A stretch of 63,469 nt of DNA, counting the filler. It is 15 parts of 15 records of this genome, joined end to end, with 100 filler letters (N's around TTAATTAATTAA, not from the genome) between each part and the next. Parts side by side here need not be neighbours in the genome. Positions count along the whole stretch, not along the records: positions 37,430 to 39,713 come from SRR36015646_18171; positions 39,814 to 44,443 come from SRR36015646_18643; positions 44,544 to 47,096 come from SRR36015646_18656; positions 47,197 to 49,628 come from SRR36015646_18694; positions 49,729 to 53,260 come from SRR36015646_19062; 10 more parts are not named here. One strand, written 5' to 3'. Shown piece after piece: positions 37,430 to 50,261 of this stretch (its first letter is position 1; the number at the start of each line of letters is the position of its first letter). Both the position numbers and the translations under genes were made by a program. The notes beneath the pieces are model-generated. The model did not search any database, was not told where the DNA came from, and saw only the letters and a program-made list of their open reading frames with translations.

Positions 37430-39713
37430 GATGATCCCACTTGGGGATGGTCCACCGAATGACACTATGGTCATGGGAGCTGAAGAGAAGTCTCGACAAG
37501 AAGAGGCGGACACGTCCACAGCAGTACAGGAACCGAATTTTCGCAGATCCACTGAACCGGGAACCAGCCCACCGGGCAGGAAGACGATGGATGAATTCGT
37601 TAAGCCGCTACCCAAGGCTCTGATGGCTATACGTGGAGAGAGCTGTTACCAATCCTTTCAAGAGCTTACGACAGCCGAAAAAGAAGAGTTGGAAAAAATC
37701 GCAGAAGAAAAGGAAGTAATAATCAATAACACTGAGCTCACCGAGGAAGAAAAGAGGGAGTGTCGCAGTTTCATTATGTATAATAGAGATCTGTGTGCCG
37801 AGAGCTACTACGATTTACCACCAATTGCCAATGTATTAAATAGTTCCATCATGGATACGGGTGAGGCCCAACCGGTCAAGATCCGTAATTATCGTATTGA
37901 CCCAAATATGATACCAGCCATACATGACCAGTACCGAGATCTCGTCGGGGCAGGCCTAGTTGAAGTAGCGACAAGTTCAGACTGGAATTCACCAATACTC
38001 CCGATATACAAACGAGACAAGAAATCTATTAGGGTATGCATAGACTTTCGACAATTAAACAAGTTATTGCACGTTCTCGATTTTCCATCCACTACGATCG
38101 AAGAAGTAATTAATTTTGTCGGAGCAAACGGGGGGTTTATCTTCACGACGTTAGACTTATACGCAGGGTACCTCCAGCTGGAGATCCCCTCTGACGTACG
38201 CGAGAAGACGGCACATACCATCCCACACCTAGGGCGGTTCCAATATACAAGACTCCCATTTGGCCTAAGTATCGCGCCCGGGGCTTTTGTAGCATCATTG
38301 AACCACGTCCTGAGGACGTTAGACCAAACCCAGGTCACGTTTTACATGGACGATGTGATGGCAATATCCAAAACAGTTGACCATCATTTCCAAACGCTGG
38401 GAAAATTGTTTGACCAACTACGACAATATAATCTGAGAATCCGGTTGACCAAGTGCACATTTTTTGCAGAAACCGCGGATTTTCTCGGAGTACGGTTTTC
38501 AAAGGATTCATACCGACCATTACCCAGCCATATTGATAGCTTGCGCAACATTCCAGACCCACGGACCGTGAAGCAACTGCAGAAATTCCTGGGAATGATT
38601 AACTGGATTAGGACTTATGTGCCCAACCTGGCAGAGTATGTGACTCCGCTCTATGCACTAACTTCCAAAAAGGTGCCCTATGTGTGGACGGAAGAACATT
38701 CACGATTAAAACAAAAACTGCTGGAGGTCATAACGACCTTACCAGTCCTTGGCCTACCTCAGCCGAATGAGATTTACATCGTCTATACGGATGCTTCGCT
38801 GTATGCTATGTCTTTTGTTTTATGTCAGACGCGCACGAAGGCTAACGGGAAAACCGGTATGAAATTTATCGCATTTGGCAATAAACGTTTTACCATCGCT
38901 CAACAAAATTATGATGCGAATCAAAGAGAATTCTTAGCACTCATAACAGCCTTCCTACGGTACCGCCCATTCCTGGAGCTCTCCAAATGGGTTTGGAGAA
39001 CAGACTCGCAGTCCCTGGTCTATGTAAGTCAGCTGCGTCAGGGTCAAGGACTATTAATGGCTAACGCAAGAGTGGTCCGTTGGGCGGCCCTTATAAGCCA
39101 TGTCAATTATACGGCGCAGCATGTACCCGGCCGCTTAAACGGATTGTGCGACTTCCTATCCCGAAGTCCAACGAACTGTGATAGGCCAGAGGCACTGCTC
39201 GATCCACACAAAAATCATGACATCCTGGAATTGGATATGCACATCGAGCAAATCGACGATTTTCTACCACATGCCAAGGAAGGGAAGCTGGAACGATTTT
39301 CACCTTTCATAAACAGCCCCGGCGATCCCGGCCAAATGGAACAGTATTTTAAGAGAAGGGCCGAACCTACAAGCATACCACGTGTACCCTTAGTACTGCG
39401 TTTCTCGACGGTGAGACGGGGGTGGCATGTTGCGATACCCGGATTAAAACACCTGGTACATGGCATGCCCGCAGATCTCGAAATCAAGGGAGATCCGGTG
39501 CTACGAAAATTACAAGAAAAGTATCGACTGATCACAAAACTGAAGGAAGAAGAAAACTCCATAGAGGAAAGTCTGAGTTTAGGTCATTTATATACAATGA
39601 ACAAGGGCTTAGCCACACTCCTCACCATGATCATACGTCCACACGCAGAGGCAGAAGTCAACATACATGCACTGCTAGCAGCGCTTCACGAAGTACGGAG
39701 GTTTGCGGAAGAA
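37430..39713 (+). CDS. Ty3/Gypsy Pol fragment (RT, RNase H, then a macro-like domain), both ends partial
   Basis: WNSP, RVCIDFRQLN, LDLYAGY, LPFGL, YMDD, FLG; TDAS, QREFLA, RTDSQ, RW, NGLCDFLSR. Confidence 0.93.
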
Positions 39714-39813
39714 NNNNNNNNNNNNNNNNNNNNNNNNNNNNNNNNNNNNNNNNNNNNTTAATTAATTAANNNNNNNNNNNNNNNNNNNNNNNNNNNNNNN
39801 NNNNNNNNNNNNN

Positions 39814-42800
39814 GATTCTTGAACAAGCTTTACTAATCTAGTTTCTGCTTCTTGCAATTCATCAAGGGAAAGGTTGTTATCTAGCATCCGCATTTGCCGT
39901 TTCAACCGGCAATTTTTAACAAACCTTAACACCCATCCGAGTTTGCATTCTGCTTGTTCCAAGCTTGCGCATGTACTCAATAAGCCAGCCAGAAAGTTCT
40001 GCTTATCAATGTCAGGCACATTAGTTTTGTTAGTCAATAGGCCTACAGCACAGTGTTTTGGCTCACTTAATGCAGAGTCATGACACATATTACTGTGAGT
40101 CCCAGCAGAGGTTTCATGTCTATCTGTCATCCAGCTGGATGTATTAGACAAAAGCCACTGAGGACCATGTTGCCAGAAATCTCCTTTTAGTACATGTAGA
40201 TCAGTCCCTCTTGAGGGAAGATCTGCTGGATTTTCAGATCCAGGGCAATGTGCCCAATCATTCACACTTGTCAAGTCCAGTATTTCTTTTACACGATTGT
40301 TTTCAAATACTTTACCATGAACAGATTTGTTTTTAATCCAACTGACTACAGTTGTTGAATCTGTCCAATAGTAGCATTTGAGATTGTGGCTAACATTTAA
40401 TGTCTTCAAGACACTTTTTGCAAGCCGAGCACCTAAAAGTGCTGCTAACAATTCTAGCCTTGGTATCGTGCATTTCTTTACAGGAGCTACTCTACTCTTA
40501 GAAGTAAGCAAATTTGAAATGACCGTGTCTTCATTCACTTCAATGCGTACATATATACAGGCAGCATACGCCTGCATTGATGCATCGCAAAAAGTATGAA
40601 TTTGCACATTGGACAGGTCTTCATTTGCATTACTGAAGCAGCACCTGGGATACTTAACCTGACTTAGACCTTTCAGTTGACTTTTCCAGAGATTGAATTC
40701 TTCAGATATATCATCTGGAAGCTTATCATCCCAGCCAATCTTGAGCAACCATGTTTGTTGCATCAAGATTTTGGCCTTGGTCACAAACGGTGAAACAAAT
40801 CCCAGCACATCATAAATTTGTGCAAGTTGTTGCAGAAGTATCCGTTTGGTTAATTTCTGCACCTCATTAACTATAGGTACAGCCACAGACAATTCATCTG
40901 AAAATGTTGACCAAGGTAGACCCAATACCTTGTGATCAGCAATTTCACATGACAAGTATCCACTTGGGATCGCACCATTAACGGTTGCATCATTTGATAC
41001 CCATTTTTGCAATTTCATGCCTGCATTGCCAAAAACTTCGATCAAATTTAATGCAAGCGATGTTGCTTCATGACTAGTCGCGACACTTTTAACGAAGTCG
41101 TCAACATACATAGCGCTAGTAACATGTCTAACCTCAGATTCTGAAGAGAACTCTGATGTTAGATGGTGCTTAATAGTAGCATCAAGGACATAACTTGAGC
41201 ATGTCAACCCAAATGGTAGGCGCGTTAGCCGCAACACATTTCCTTGCCAGAGAATCCTAAGATAGTCTCTGTCTACTTTCTCAATTTCTATCATAAGAAA
41301 AGCCTTGCCTATATCAGCACAAAGGCCTACAAGATGCTTTCTAAAAGAAATTAAGATGTTCCATATATCTTCGCCCATAAATAGGCCTAGATGAAGATAG
41401 TCGTTAATGGAATTCTGATTTTCTTTACCTGCCGCACCGTCGTAAACAATACGGACCTTAGTAGTCTCGCTTTCTTCTTTACATACTTCAAAATATGGCA
41501 AATAGAATGCATCTACTTTAGCCTTTGGACACGGCTCAGTGACGCGTTCAAGGATGCCATTTTGTAGCATATCACTAATTTGACGAGTTACATTCTCGTT
41601 CAATTCCGGTTTCTTAGTTAACTTCTGTGTAAACTGACTGTATCTTGCTTCAGCTTGACGCAGATTGTTTACCGGCCGATTTTCATTCTTCCAGGGAAGT
41701 GAAATTGAATAACGGTCTCCATTCTTTTGAATTTGCTGATCAAATTTACAAGTATCAAACTTGTTTTCAGCATCTTCAACTTCAGGAGACTTTATCCCGA
41801 ATGAATCCAACTCCCAAAAATTCCTCACCATTTTCTCAAGTTTGGCCGTACTCCTCCCCCTGTCTTTTGTATTAGTCAAAAGACAATTAGAGGATTTTTC
41901 AGAACCATATGTTCTGCCATGTAGGAGCCAACCAAACAAGGTTTTAAAGGCAACAGGTGCTTCAATGGGGCCTCTTACAATATCCTCAATACAATTCCAA
42001 TAGTAATCAACACCAATCAAAAGATGAATTTCAATTTCTGGCTGACTATCAAATACAAATGGAATGTTTCTTAAATGAGGCCAATTACAGGCTTCCATGT
42101 AAGCATTCAACATAGGAATTGGTTCACAGATTTCATCAACAACGCGTGCTGTCATGGTAAGAGATTTAGTCGGATCAAATTGATTTGATACAACCAATTC
42201 AACAACGTCGGCCTCATTAGAACTTGAGTTCTGAAATGAGTTGACGTGCTCAGATATCTTATCTACAACTTTCAGTTTTAGCTTATTTGCTATATCTCTA
42301 GTGATGTAGGAATAATTACTACAATCATCTATAACAATGCCTATATAAGACCTATCATGGTCCCCCGATATTATGGCTGTAGTTGTTTTCAGCATAGTAG
42401 TCATGTTAGGATCATACTGATGCTGATTAACAATTCCAGTAAAGGATGTCTTATGTGGAAAGCTGTCTGCCCTATCAGAGTCAGGCCTTGACTTATTAGT
42501 ATCAGCAGAACTAGCAGTCACATCATGCCTTTTCTGAGAAGAATATGGAGCATTACTACCAGTCTTCATATTATCATCATGCAACAAATAATGATGCGTG
42601 CCATTGCAAAATTTACATTTCCATTGAGATTTGCATTGTTTGGAAACATGACTTTTAGATAGACATCTAAAACATAAGCCCTGCTTCCAAGCAATATCTC
42701 TCCTTTCTTTGCAATTTTGTTGTTTAAATTTATCGCATTGATAAATTTTATGCTGCCGATCACAGTACAAGCAGTTAGACTTTCCTTTAAATTGAAAGTT

Positions 42801-43805
42801 TTCCCTGTCTTGCCTGGTATCTGAGCCAGAAGCAACATTAAGAGCAGAGGCAGTGCCATACTTTGGATTTTTGGTAGCAGGAGTGACAGAATCACTTTTT
42901 ATGTCGCGAAATGCGCGTTCTCGGACGACTATCTCTTCCGTTAAAAATTTCATAAGCTGAGTCACAGTTTTGCGAGACACCGCTTCCCTGCGATTCCACT
43001 CGATTCGCAAAGCAGGCGGAAGCTTAGACTCAATAAGCGGAATTAGAAAGCAAGCATATTTGTCGTCCGTTACTTTTAGTGATTTTAAACCACGCACATT
43101 TAACTCCAGATTGTCCAAAAAATGACGCAATGCTTTATGTTCCGTATTTTTTGGGACCTCTAAGCTAATCAAGTTTTTGATCAAGCACTCAATCTGGATT
43201 TCATCATTTCCAAATCTTGCTACCAAAATTTCCTTGGCTTCATTGTAATTTGCTTCAGTCAAAGCAAATCCTTCAATGGACCCCAATGCCTCGCCTTTCA
43301 ATTGTCCCCTTAAGTAACTAAATTTTTGTACTAACGGCAGATCTTCATTCTGATCGACCGTTACACAAAATATTTCCCAAAAACTGGGCCATTGAAGGGG
43401 TTTGCCATCAAAGGTTGGTAGATTAATCTTTGGCAGTCTAATACTTTGATTTTTAGAAAATGTTTTAGACCCACCATCCAACGATTCAATTTTGGCTAGC
43501 GCACGGTTAGCTTTTTCAAGCACAAGAATTACATTAGTGTGATATTCTTCTACTCTTTGAACTTCTGCATCAATATCTGTCTCAGGAATTTCATCCTGAG
43601 ACAACATGATGGAAGAAATTTCATTATTCTTGGAATTAAGTTCCTCTAGTTTTGACTCTAGAACGCGCTTAAGTCCATGAACTTTATCTATATCCACTAC
43701 TTTTTCCGCTAGCGCTGCACTCAAATTATTGATAGTCGTTGTAACTACTGCCCTAAGTGACTTCCTAAATGTTTTAAGCTTATTTAGTTGCTTAACGTCA
43801 CTCAT
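39814..43805 (-). CDS. BEL/Pao Gag-Pol, 3' partial (ATG at 43805)
   Basis: LPKINLPTFDG...W..FW gag motif; triple knuckle ending HHYLLH; ADIGKAF, LPFG, YVDD, FCDAS, KSRVAP, PRLEL, NPADLPSRG. Confidence 0.95.
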
Positions 43806-43885
43806 AATGATTTTAGTGTTGTACAAATAAAGTACAAATATCAATACAATTGAATATCTTCAGGTTTGCCACCTAAAACACCAAA

Positions 43886-43971
43886 TTCCAGTAATTTTTC
43901 CAGACTTTTCCAGGTCTAGTAATTTTACCTGATTTTTCCAGGTCCAGTCATTGTACCTGACTTTTCCAGGT
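43886..43971. repeat. 28-bp tandem repeat (about 3 units) in the BEL 5' leader
   Basis: cttttccaggtctagtaattttacctga / tttttccaggtccagtcattgtacctga / cttttccaggt. Confidence 0.85.
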
Positions 43972-44543
43972 TTTCTAGATTAGTGACTACACTGTTCCTA
44001 ATCAATAGGCCTACACAAATAAATCAACACTAGTGCAGTGCAATCTCTAAATATGCTTAAAAGAAGCTGAAATTGTCAGGCTGGCACAGTGCCAGAGTTA
44101 ACTGCTATCAAACTACAACACAAATTATGCCTACACAATATAGGCCTAAATCTCTACACATCAACAGTCGTGATGATACAAATTGCAAAAAATTCATTTA
44201 GGAGAAATACACAAAATTGTCAATATAATTATCCGAACACGAATTATGACGAGTCGACCATTATTGTACGCTTTAAACTATCGCACAAATTGCCAAGAAG
44301 TATTCTTAATGCATACTCTGAAGATAAACCAAACTGTATGCATTCAGATAGCATACAGATCCATTCAAATATACCAAACTGTACGTATTAAACTAACATA
44401 CAGGTAGTCCATTATACTGTTATATATCGCAGGATTTTCTGTGNNNNNNNNNNNNNNNNNNNNNNNNNNNNNNNNNNNNNNNNNNNNTTAATTAATTAAN
44501 NNNNNNNNNNNNNNNNNNNNNNNNNNNNNNNNNNNNNNNNNNN

Positions 44544-47011
44544 ATCCATGGCAATATAGTGCTGAATGCACCGTAGAATATAGCTGGGCCAAGGCTGCGT
44601 ATAGCCGAGAGTATTTTTGTATCGCGTGTACCATACACATGTACAAAACTGTGACTTATGTGGACAAAGTAATCGACTATTATACCTATGCAGACGGTAA
44701 GTGCTAACATCACCGCAAGGTCGATATGAAATCCGGCTAGAATCATAGCCCCGATGACATTGACGTATGCGAGTATTGTGCACAGCAACACAAGAACTGT
44801 GACTAAAATACTTGTGGTAAAGCAGAAAATGATTATCATTACGGCAACTAATGCAAACACAATTGTACTCGCAAATTTCAACGTTTCCTCACTTAAAAAA
44901 TTGAACAGAGTCGCCTGCGTTTCGTGCACAAAACAGATGCTGAATGGGCATTGTTCGAATAGCTTCTGTACTGCAGCCAGTTGATAGTTTTCGTAAACAA
45001 TAAAAGACATCTTACTTCCGCTGATACTCGACAAATCTACCTTTCCACCAGTCCTCGCAAAAACTACACTGTTGCTATATTCTGGTGCCACATACCTTAA
45101 GTAGTAATATAAGCATAAATTGTACGTATTATCTTGGTCTTTCGAAAAACTAGGCTCTGTGGTCAAGTCTCCACATTCTGAAAACAATGTTGAGTTGCAC
45201 ACTGATCCTGATGTATCATAAAGCCAAGAATTAAATTCCTTGTGCCATGATAACACTGAGCCATTTCTCACTTCTTCGAGATGGCTAATGTTCTCAAACG
45301 CTTCTGATAGAAAAGTTTGAGTTTCTTTGCATGAGTAAATACCACTTCCAAAATAAATGTCAGATGGACGAAACCTAGTGCTATCGAAGTATTTTAGAAC
45401 CTTGCCCATGTATACAACGGATGGAGAATTGTCCGCCATGTTCAGCAGAAGATCAGCATTTACTTTTATATCTTTGAGGTAATACGCATGCACAATAGTA
45501 ATTGAAAATGTTAAGCAAATAATAAAAAGTTTAAGATAAACATTTTTTAAGATGCGCGTGTGAAAGTTTTCAAAATAAGCCTGCACGAAACCACGGCTTC
45601 TGACTGCTGAATATGGTGCCGCTTTCCGTTTAAGACAGAAAATTCCATCACGTAAATTTTTCTGCCGAGTGGCATCCAATGTTACGAACCCCATAAATAT
45701 GGTTAGTTGAAAAACAAATAACAGTATTATGGAAGTGGCACAAGAAAGGCAAAAACTGCGAAATGGGGTTACTCTAGTTGATGACCCAACCAGGAATGAT
45801 GCTAATGTGCATAGCGAGGTTGCTGTAATTAGCAAACCAGCCCTCTTTAGAACTAATGCCATCTGCACATTTATTGGTAACCGTTTCTCATGTGCCACCA
45901 TTGAGTCAAGCGTCTGTACAATAACAAACATGTCATCCATACCTACGGACACCACAAGAACAAATGCCACGGGTTCCAGAAACGACATCTCGCCAGCAAC
46001 AAACATTTTAAGCCCAACGGTCATTCCGAGAGATAGAGCAATGGTTGAGTAGCCAGCAATGGCAAGCCAAAATCGGTTAAAGACCAGACTAAACCTGCCA
46101 AGTGAAATGCAAAAGAACATCAACCCAACACTGAAGCCAATTATCAAATACATAATGCCATGAGTAAAAGACATGAGAAATGACTCATCGGTGGTGTATG
46201 GATTAGCAACATGTATGTCATCCAACCCATCATATTTTGACATTTCTAATGCTATCATTTCTGTCTCGAAATGATCAAACACGACATCTCGTCGGGAAAA
46301 ATAATTGAACTGGAATCGTTGTTTTTCAGCTGGTGAAGCATTGTCGTATGTCAATTCCGTCAGTGGATAAAACATTAAGGTAGCAGAAGCACTGACAATT
46401 TCATTTCTTTCATTTCTCTTTATTCCACCTAAGAGTGCACCAAGTTTATTGCCGAGTGGTCCCATTAATGAAAACCGTTTCAGTATATCACTCTTGTTGA
46501 GGCCTTCAATTACAGCAGAATCTCTCCCAAACAAATCCAAAAGAGAAATCGTTTGACAAGCTCCATTATACTGCTTAAGGCAAAGCGAATCAAACGAAGC
46601 ATTGAATCCCTTTAGTTGCTTGTTTATGGAGCTTACTCGACGATCAATTTCCAACATTGATTTTAATGCTGCTGGTGTAAGTACATCACTTGACTCAACT
46701 AAAATTGCGTTTATTCGAGGAACTGAAAATGTGGTTTCGACTAACTGCACATTCTTGAACAATTCACTGTCTTTTGGAACCCATGAGTAGAATATTCCTT
46801 GGAGAGAAAGGTTAACCGAAAACAAAGCAAGCCCAGAACATCCTATAAGCGCGACGATTAATGCAATGCATATGGATGCAATTGGATATGTGCCCACAAT
46901 CAATCCAAGTCTGTAGAAAAAATACTCCATATGTTGAACCACAACATTGGAAATCCTTGCAAGACAGAATCCTGATGATGAACTTTCCAGTGTCTTCTTA
47001 GAAGTTGTCAT
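44544..47011 (-). CDS. Patched-domain (PTCHD/NPC1-like, sterol-sensing RND) protein, intron-free, 3' partial
   Basis: N-terminal TM (FFYRLG...YP); SSD with VGMDDMFV, ITATS, FRSFC; second repeat IGIIVDYFVHI...LGPAIFYGAFST. Confidence 0.9.
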
Positions 47012-47550
47012 ATTGTTACTACAATAGAAGAATTATTATTATCGATAATGTAACAGTGTATTAAGGTATATGGTGAACTATTTCCATAAGTACTCANNNN
47101 NNNNNNNNNNNNNNNNNNNNNNNNNNNNNNNNNNNNNNNNTTAATTAATTAANNNNNNNNNNNNNNNNNNNNNNNNNNNNNNNNNNNNNNNNNNNNCGAC
47201 TTGAAACTCGGAATATGTAGTCAAGCATTGCCCACCCCTGCTTTGAACATAGCTACGCATGCCAGGGCTGTGCAATTCCAGAAATAGATATACCGATGCC
47301 ACAAAATTCAAAATCGCCTATGCTTTGATACTGTAGCCAGTCATGGCCAATGCCACTGCTTAACCGATGGCAGCGCTGCGCGCACATCAAATAAATTTTC
47401 AGCTTAAAATCCGGATAATTGAATGCCTTCCTGAATACACATTCAGTGTTTGTTTTACTGCAAAAAAAACTTGCTTGCCGAAATTGTTACCGTTTTTATA
47501 AATCGCCGTTCTATGAGTACTGAAATTATCATTTGTTTTTAGGAATAATC

Positions 47551-49446
47551 ATGTCGTACCGTAACTTGCAAACATGGAGACAAATCCACAAGGACATCAA
47601 AGCACTAGGAGAAGGCAGTGATGAAGAGATTCCAATAGATATAATAAGTAACGATTCGAACGAAGGTGTAGCAAGTGATCAAGACCAGCCAGGGCCTTCT
47701 GATAGTAACGTTTCTCCTGTTCCAGATAACTTTGAATCGTCAGAATCGGACGCATCTGAATATGCAGCTGGGGAAGCTAATGAACCTGCAAAACCAGATC
47801 TCGGCGAATCAATAGCTTCATGGATAGTAAAGTATAGTGTACCTCGCAACGGGGGTAATGAGTTACTAAACATTCTGCGTTCACATGGACATCGTTTGCC
47901 ATCAGATATACGCACTCTTTTAAAAACACCAAGGATGTGTGAAGTTGAAGACAAATGCAGCGGAAAATATGTCTACTTTGGCATTGAAAGTGGGGTCCTA
48001 AAAGTGCTGGCTGAAAACCCTACATTTTGTGCAGATCATGACGCAGTTCATTTGCAGGTTAATGTTGATGGGTTACCCATTTTCAAGTCATCAACAGATC
48101 AGATGTGGCCAATTTTGTGTGCATTTGAGGATTTTGAGCCTTTTATTGTGGCATTATACAATGGAAAACATAAACCAAGTGACGTTTCAGAGTTCCTGAA
48201 GGATTTTTTAAACGAATTTTCAGAATTGCAACAGGCTAATGTTGTGTACAATGCAAAAAGCTTTAAAATGTACATAAGTGTTTTTATTTGTGATGCCCCT
48301 GCAAGAAGTTTCATAAAATGCATAAAACAGCATAATGCGTACTATTCGTGTGAGCGCTGCTGTATCAAAGGGGAGTGGGTTGGCCGCGTTGTCTTCAATG
48401 GAGTGGAAATTCCTGTTCTCCGCACAGAGTTGGAATTCAACAACCAAAGTTACGAGGACCATCAAACGGGAAAATCTCCACTAATCGACTTCAACATTCC
48501 TTGTATTCGGTCAGTTGTGTTAGACTACATGCATCTCGTTTGCCTTGGTGTTATGAAGAGAATTCTGGCCTTTTTAAAATCTGGTCCGAAAGAATGCAAA
48601 ATTAGTGCGCGGCATATCCAAGAGGTATCCGACTGTTTGACCAATTGTAACATGCCCAGTGATTTTGCTCGGCAACCAAGATCGCTGCTCGAGGTTGAGA
48701 GATGGAAGGCTACAGAGTATAGACAGTTTCTTTTGTATACTGGGCCTGTTGCTTTGCGACGAGTATTGAAGCCAGATATGTATCACCACTTCCTGTCTTT
48801 AACTGTAGGCATATCAATACTTCTGATGGCTGATGACGACAAACGAAACCACTATCTAGGATATGCACGTGAGCTACTGACATATTTTGTTGCAAATTGT
48901 TCCTTGTACTATGGAGACACTTTTGTTGTGTACAATGTACATAATCTGTTACATTTACCCGATGATGTCGAAAACTTTCAATGCTCATTAAATGACATAA
49001 GTAGCTTTAAATTTGAAAACTACTTGCAAACGATCAAAAAAATGCTCAGAAGCGCCCATAGCCCTATTGTACAAGTAACAAAAAGGATTGCAGAATTCGA
49101 GAACACTAATACCCACCGCTTCCGCAAATCACGTCAAACCTCGATTTCGACGAGGTTCAGAGACAGTTGTTTTTTGTTAGATAACAACGATTATGCATTT
49201 GTGAAAGAGAATCGACATGATGGTAATGTTGTTTGTGATGTGTTAAAGCAGGATTATATGGAGAGTTTCTTTGAAAAACCATGCGATTCTAAAATTCTGA
49301 ATATTGTGGCAATCAGCAACCGGAAGATGAGAGACAGGAGCAGACGAAAACTTATAGAAAAATGTAATTTAAAGAACAAAGTTGTGTGCCTTAGCTACCA
49401 AGATGGATATGTTCTGTTCCCACTGTTGCATGGGGTGGAAGCATAA
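47551..49446 (+). CDS. EnSpm/CACTA (CMC)-like DNA transposase
   Basis: LPSDIRTLLKTP, NVDGLPIFKS, WPIL, CDAPAR, HNAYYSCERC, LDYMH, WKATEYRQFLLY, YNVHNLLHL, FKFENY; ATG 47551 follows an acceptor-like tttgtttttag. Confidence 0.85.
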   Translation: MSYRNLQTWRQIHKDIKALGEGSDEEIPIDIISNDSNEGVASDQDQPGPSDSNVSPVPDNFESSESDASEYAAGEANEPAKPDLGESIASWIVKYSVPRNGGNELLNILRSHGHRLPSDIRTLLKTPRMCEVEDKCSGKYVYFGIESGVLKVLAENPTFCADHDAVHLQVNVDGLPIFKSSTDQMWPILCAFEDFEPFIVALYNGKHKPSDVSEFLKDFLNEFSELQQANVVYNAKSFKMYISVFICDAPARSFIKCIKQHNAYYSCERCCIKGEWVGRVVFNGVEIPVLRTELEFNNQSYEDHQTGKSPLIDFNIPCIRSVVLDYMHLVCLGVMKRILAFLKSGPKECKISARHIQEVSDCLTNCNMPSDFARQPRSLLEVERWKATEYRQFLLYTGPVALRRVLKPDMYHHFLSLTVGISILLMADDDKRNHYLGYARELLTYFVANCSLYYGDTFVVYNVHNLLHLPDDVENFQCSLNDISSFKFENYLQTIKKMLRSAHSPIVQVTKRIAEFENTNTHRFRKSRQTSISTRFRDSCFLLDNNDYAFVKENRHDGNVVCDVLKQDYMESFFEKPCDSKILNIVAISNRKMRDRSRRKLIEKCNLKNKVVCLSYQDGYVLFPLLHGVEA

Positions 49447-49870
49447 GTGTAAATCTAAAATAGTATATGGGCGATTCTCTTCATAATGTACCACGTTGCG
49501 GATGTGACATAGGCAAGTTTCAAACTGATTATGCATGTTGAAAACGGACGACAGACTGACGGACAGATACACCTCATGGACATAGCATTAGGACCACTTT
49601 GAAAATTTGTGAAGAAAAAAATATTATTNNNNNNNNNNNNNNNNNNNNNNNNNNNNNNNNNNNNNNNNNNNNTTAATTAATTAANNNNNNNNNNNNNNNN
49701 NNNNNNNNNNNNNNNNNNNNNNNNNNNNTAAGTTAATCTTTAAGTATAAGTTAATCTTAAGTAAGACTGAAGTAAAGTTAAAGTATTGAAGCAAGTATAG
49801 GAAAAATTACTACTAAGGAATGTAATTAAACTCAGTTTGTGGTACATGTTTTTGCAGTTACTTTTGTGTT

Positions 49871-50158
49871 ACATAAAGGATACAGGTTCTACAATTCTAC
49901 AGCATAACGGATACAGTTTTACAACATAACGGATACATTTTCTACAGTTAAACAACGAAAAGGAAGCAGTTTCTACAGCGTAAAGGATATACTTTTTACA
50001 GTTATACAGCGCAAATGATGCAGTTTCCACAGATCTACAACTACATGTACTACAGCGACATGTGGCCTATTCTGCCGTGTTCTGACAAAAGGCCTGGGGC
50101 TGCCTGTTTTGTGCAGAAAGGATAATTAGTGCAGTTCTACAAGGACGTGTGTTCTACA
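49871..50158. repeat. Degenerate ~22-bp tandem repeats upstream of LINE ORF1
   Basis: Recurring (a/g)cataa(a/c)ggatacagttt(c)taca-like units, 6-8 copies. Confidence 0.7.
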
Positions 50159-50261
50159 GGGCCTACATTAGTTCTGAGCGGCGACTATCGTTTTTTGGTC
50201 TACGCTCGTGTGGGGTGGAGTTATCGATATAAGTCTGCATTTTTTGTGACCAAACATAAAC

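Noticed and set aside
44089-44443. Primer-binding site or 5' LTR of the minus-strand BEL element, and short plus-strand ORFs here
   Set aside because: No convincing CA-TGG junction before the contig end; the ORFs have no motifs
29445-47011. PKD1-like and Patched-like genes as transposon cargo or a ciliary gene cluster
   Set aside because: They lie on separate contigs divided by artificial spacers; no physical linkage is shown
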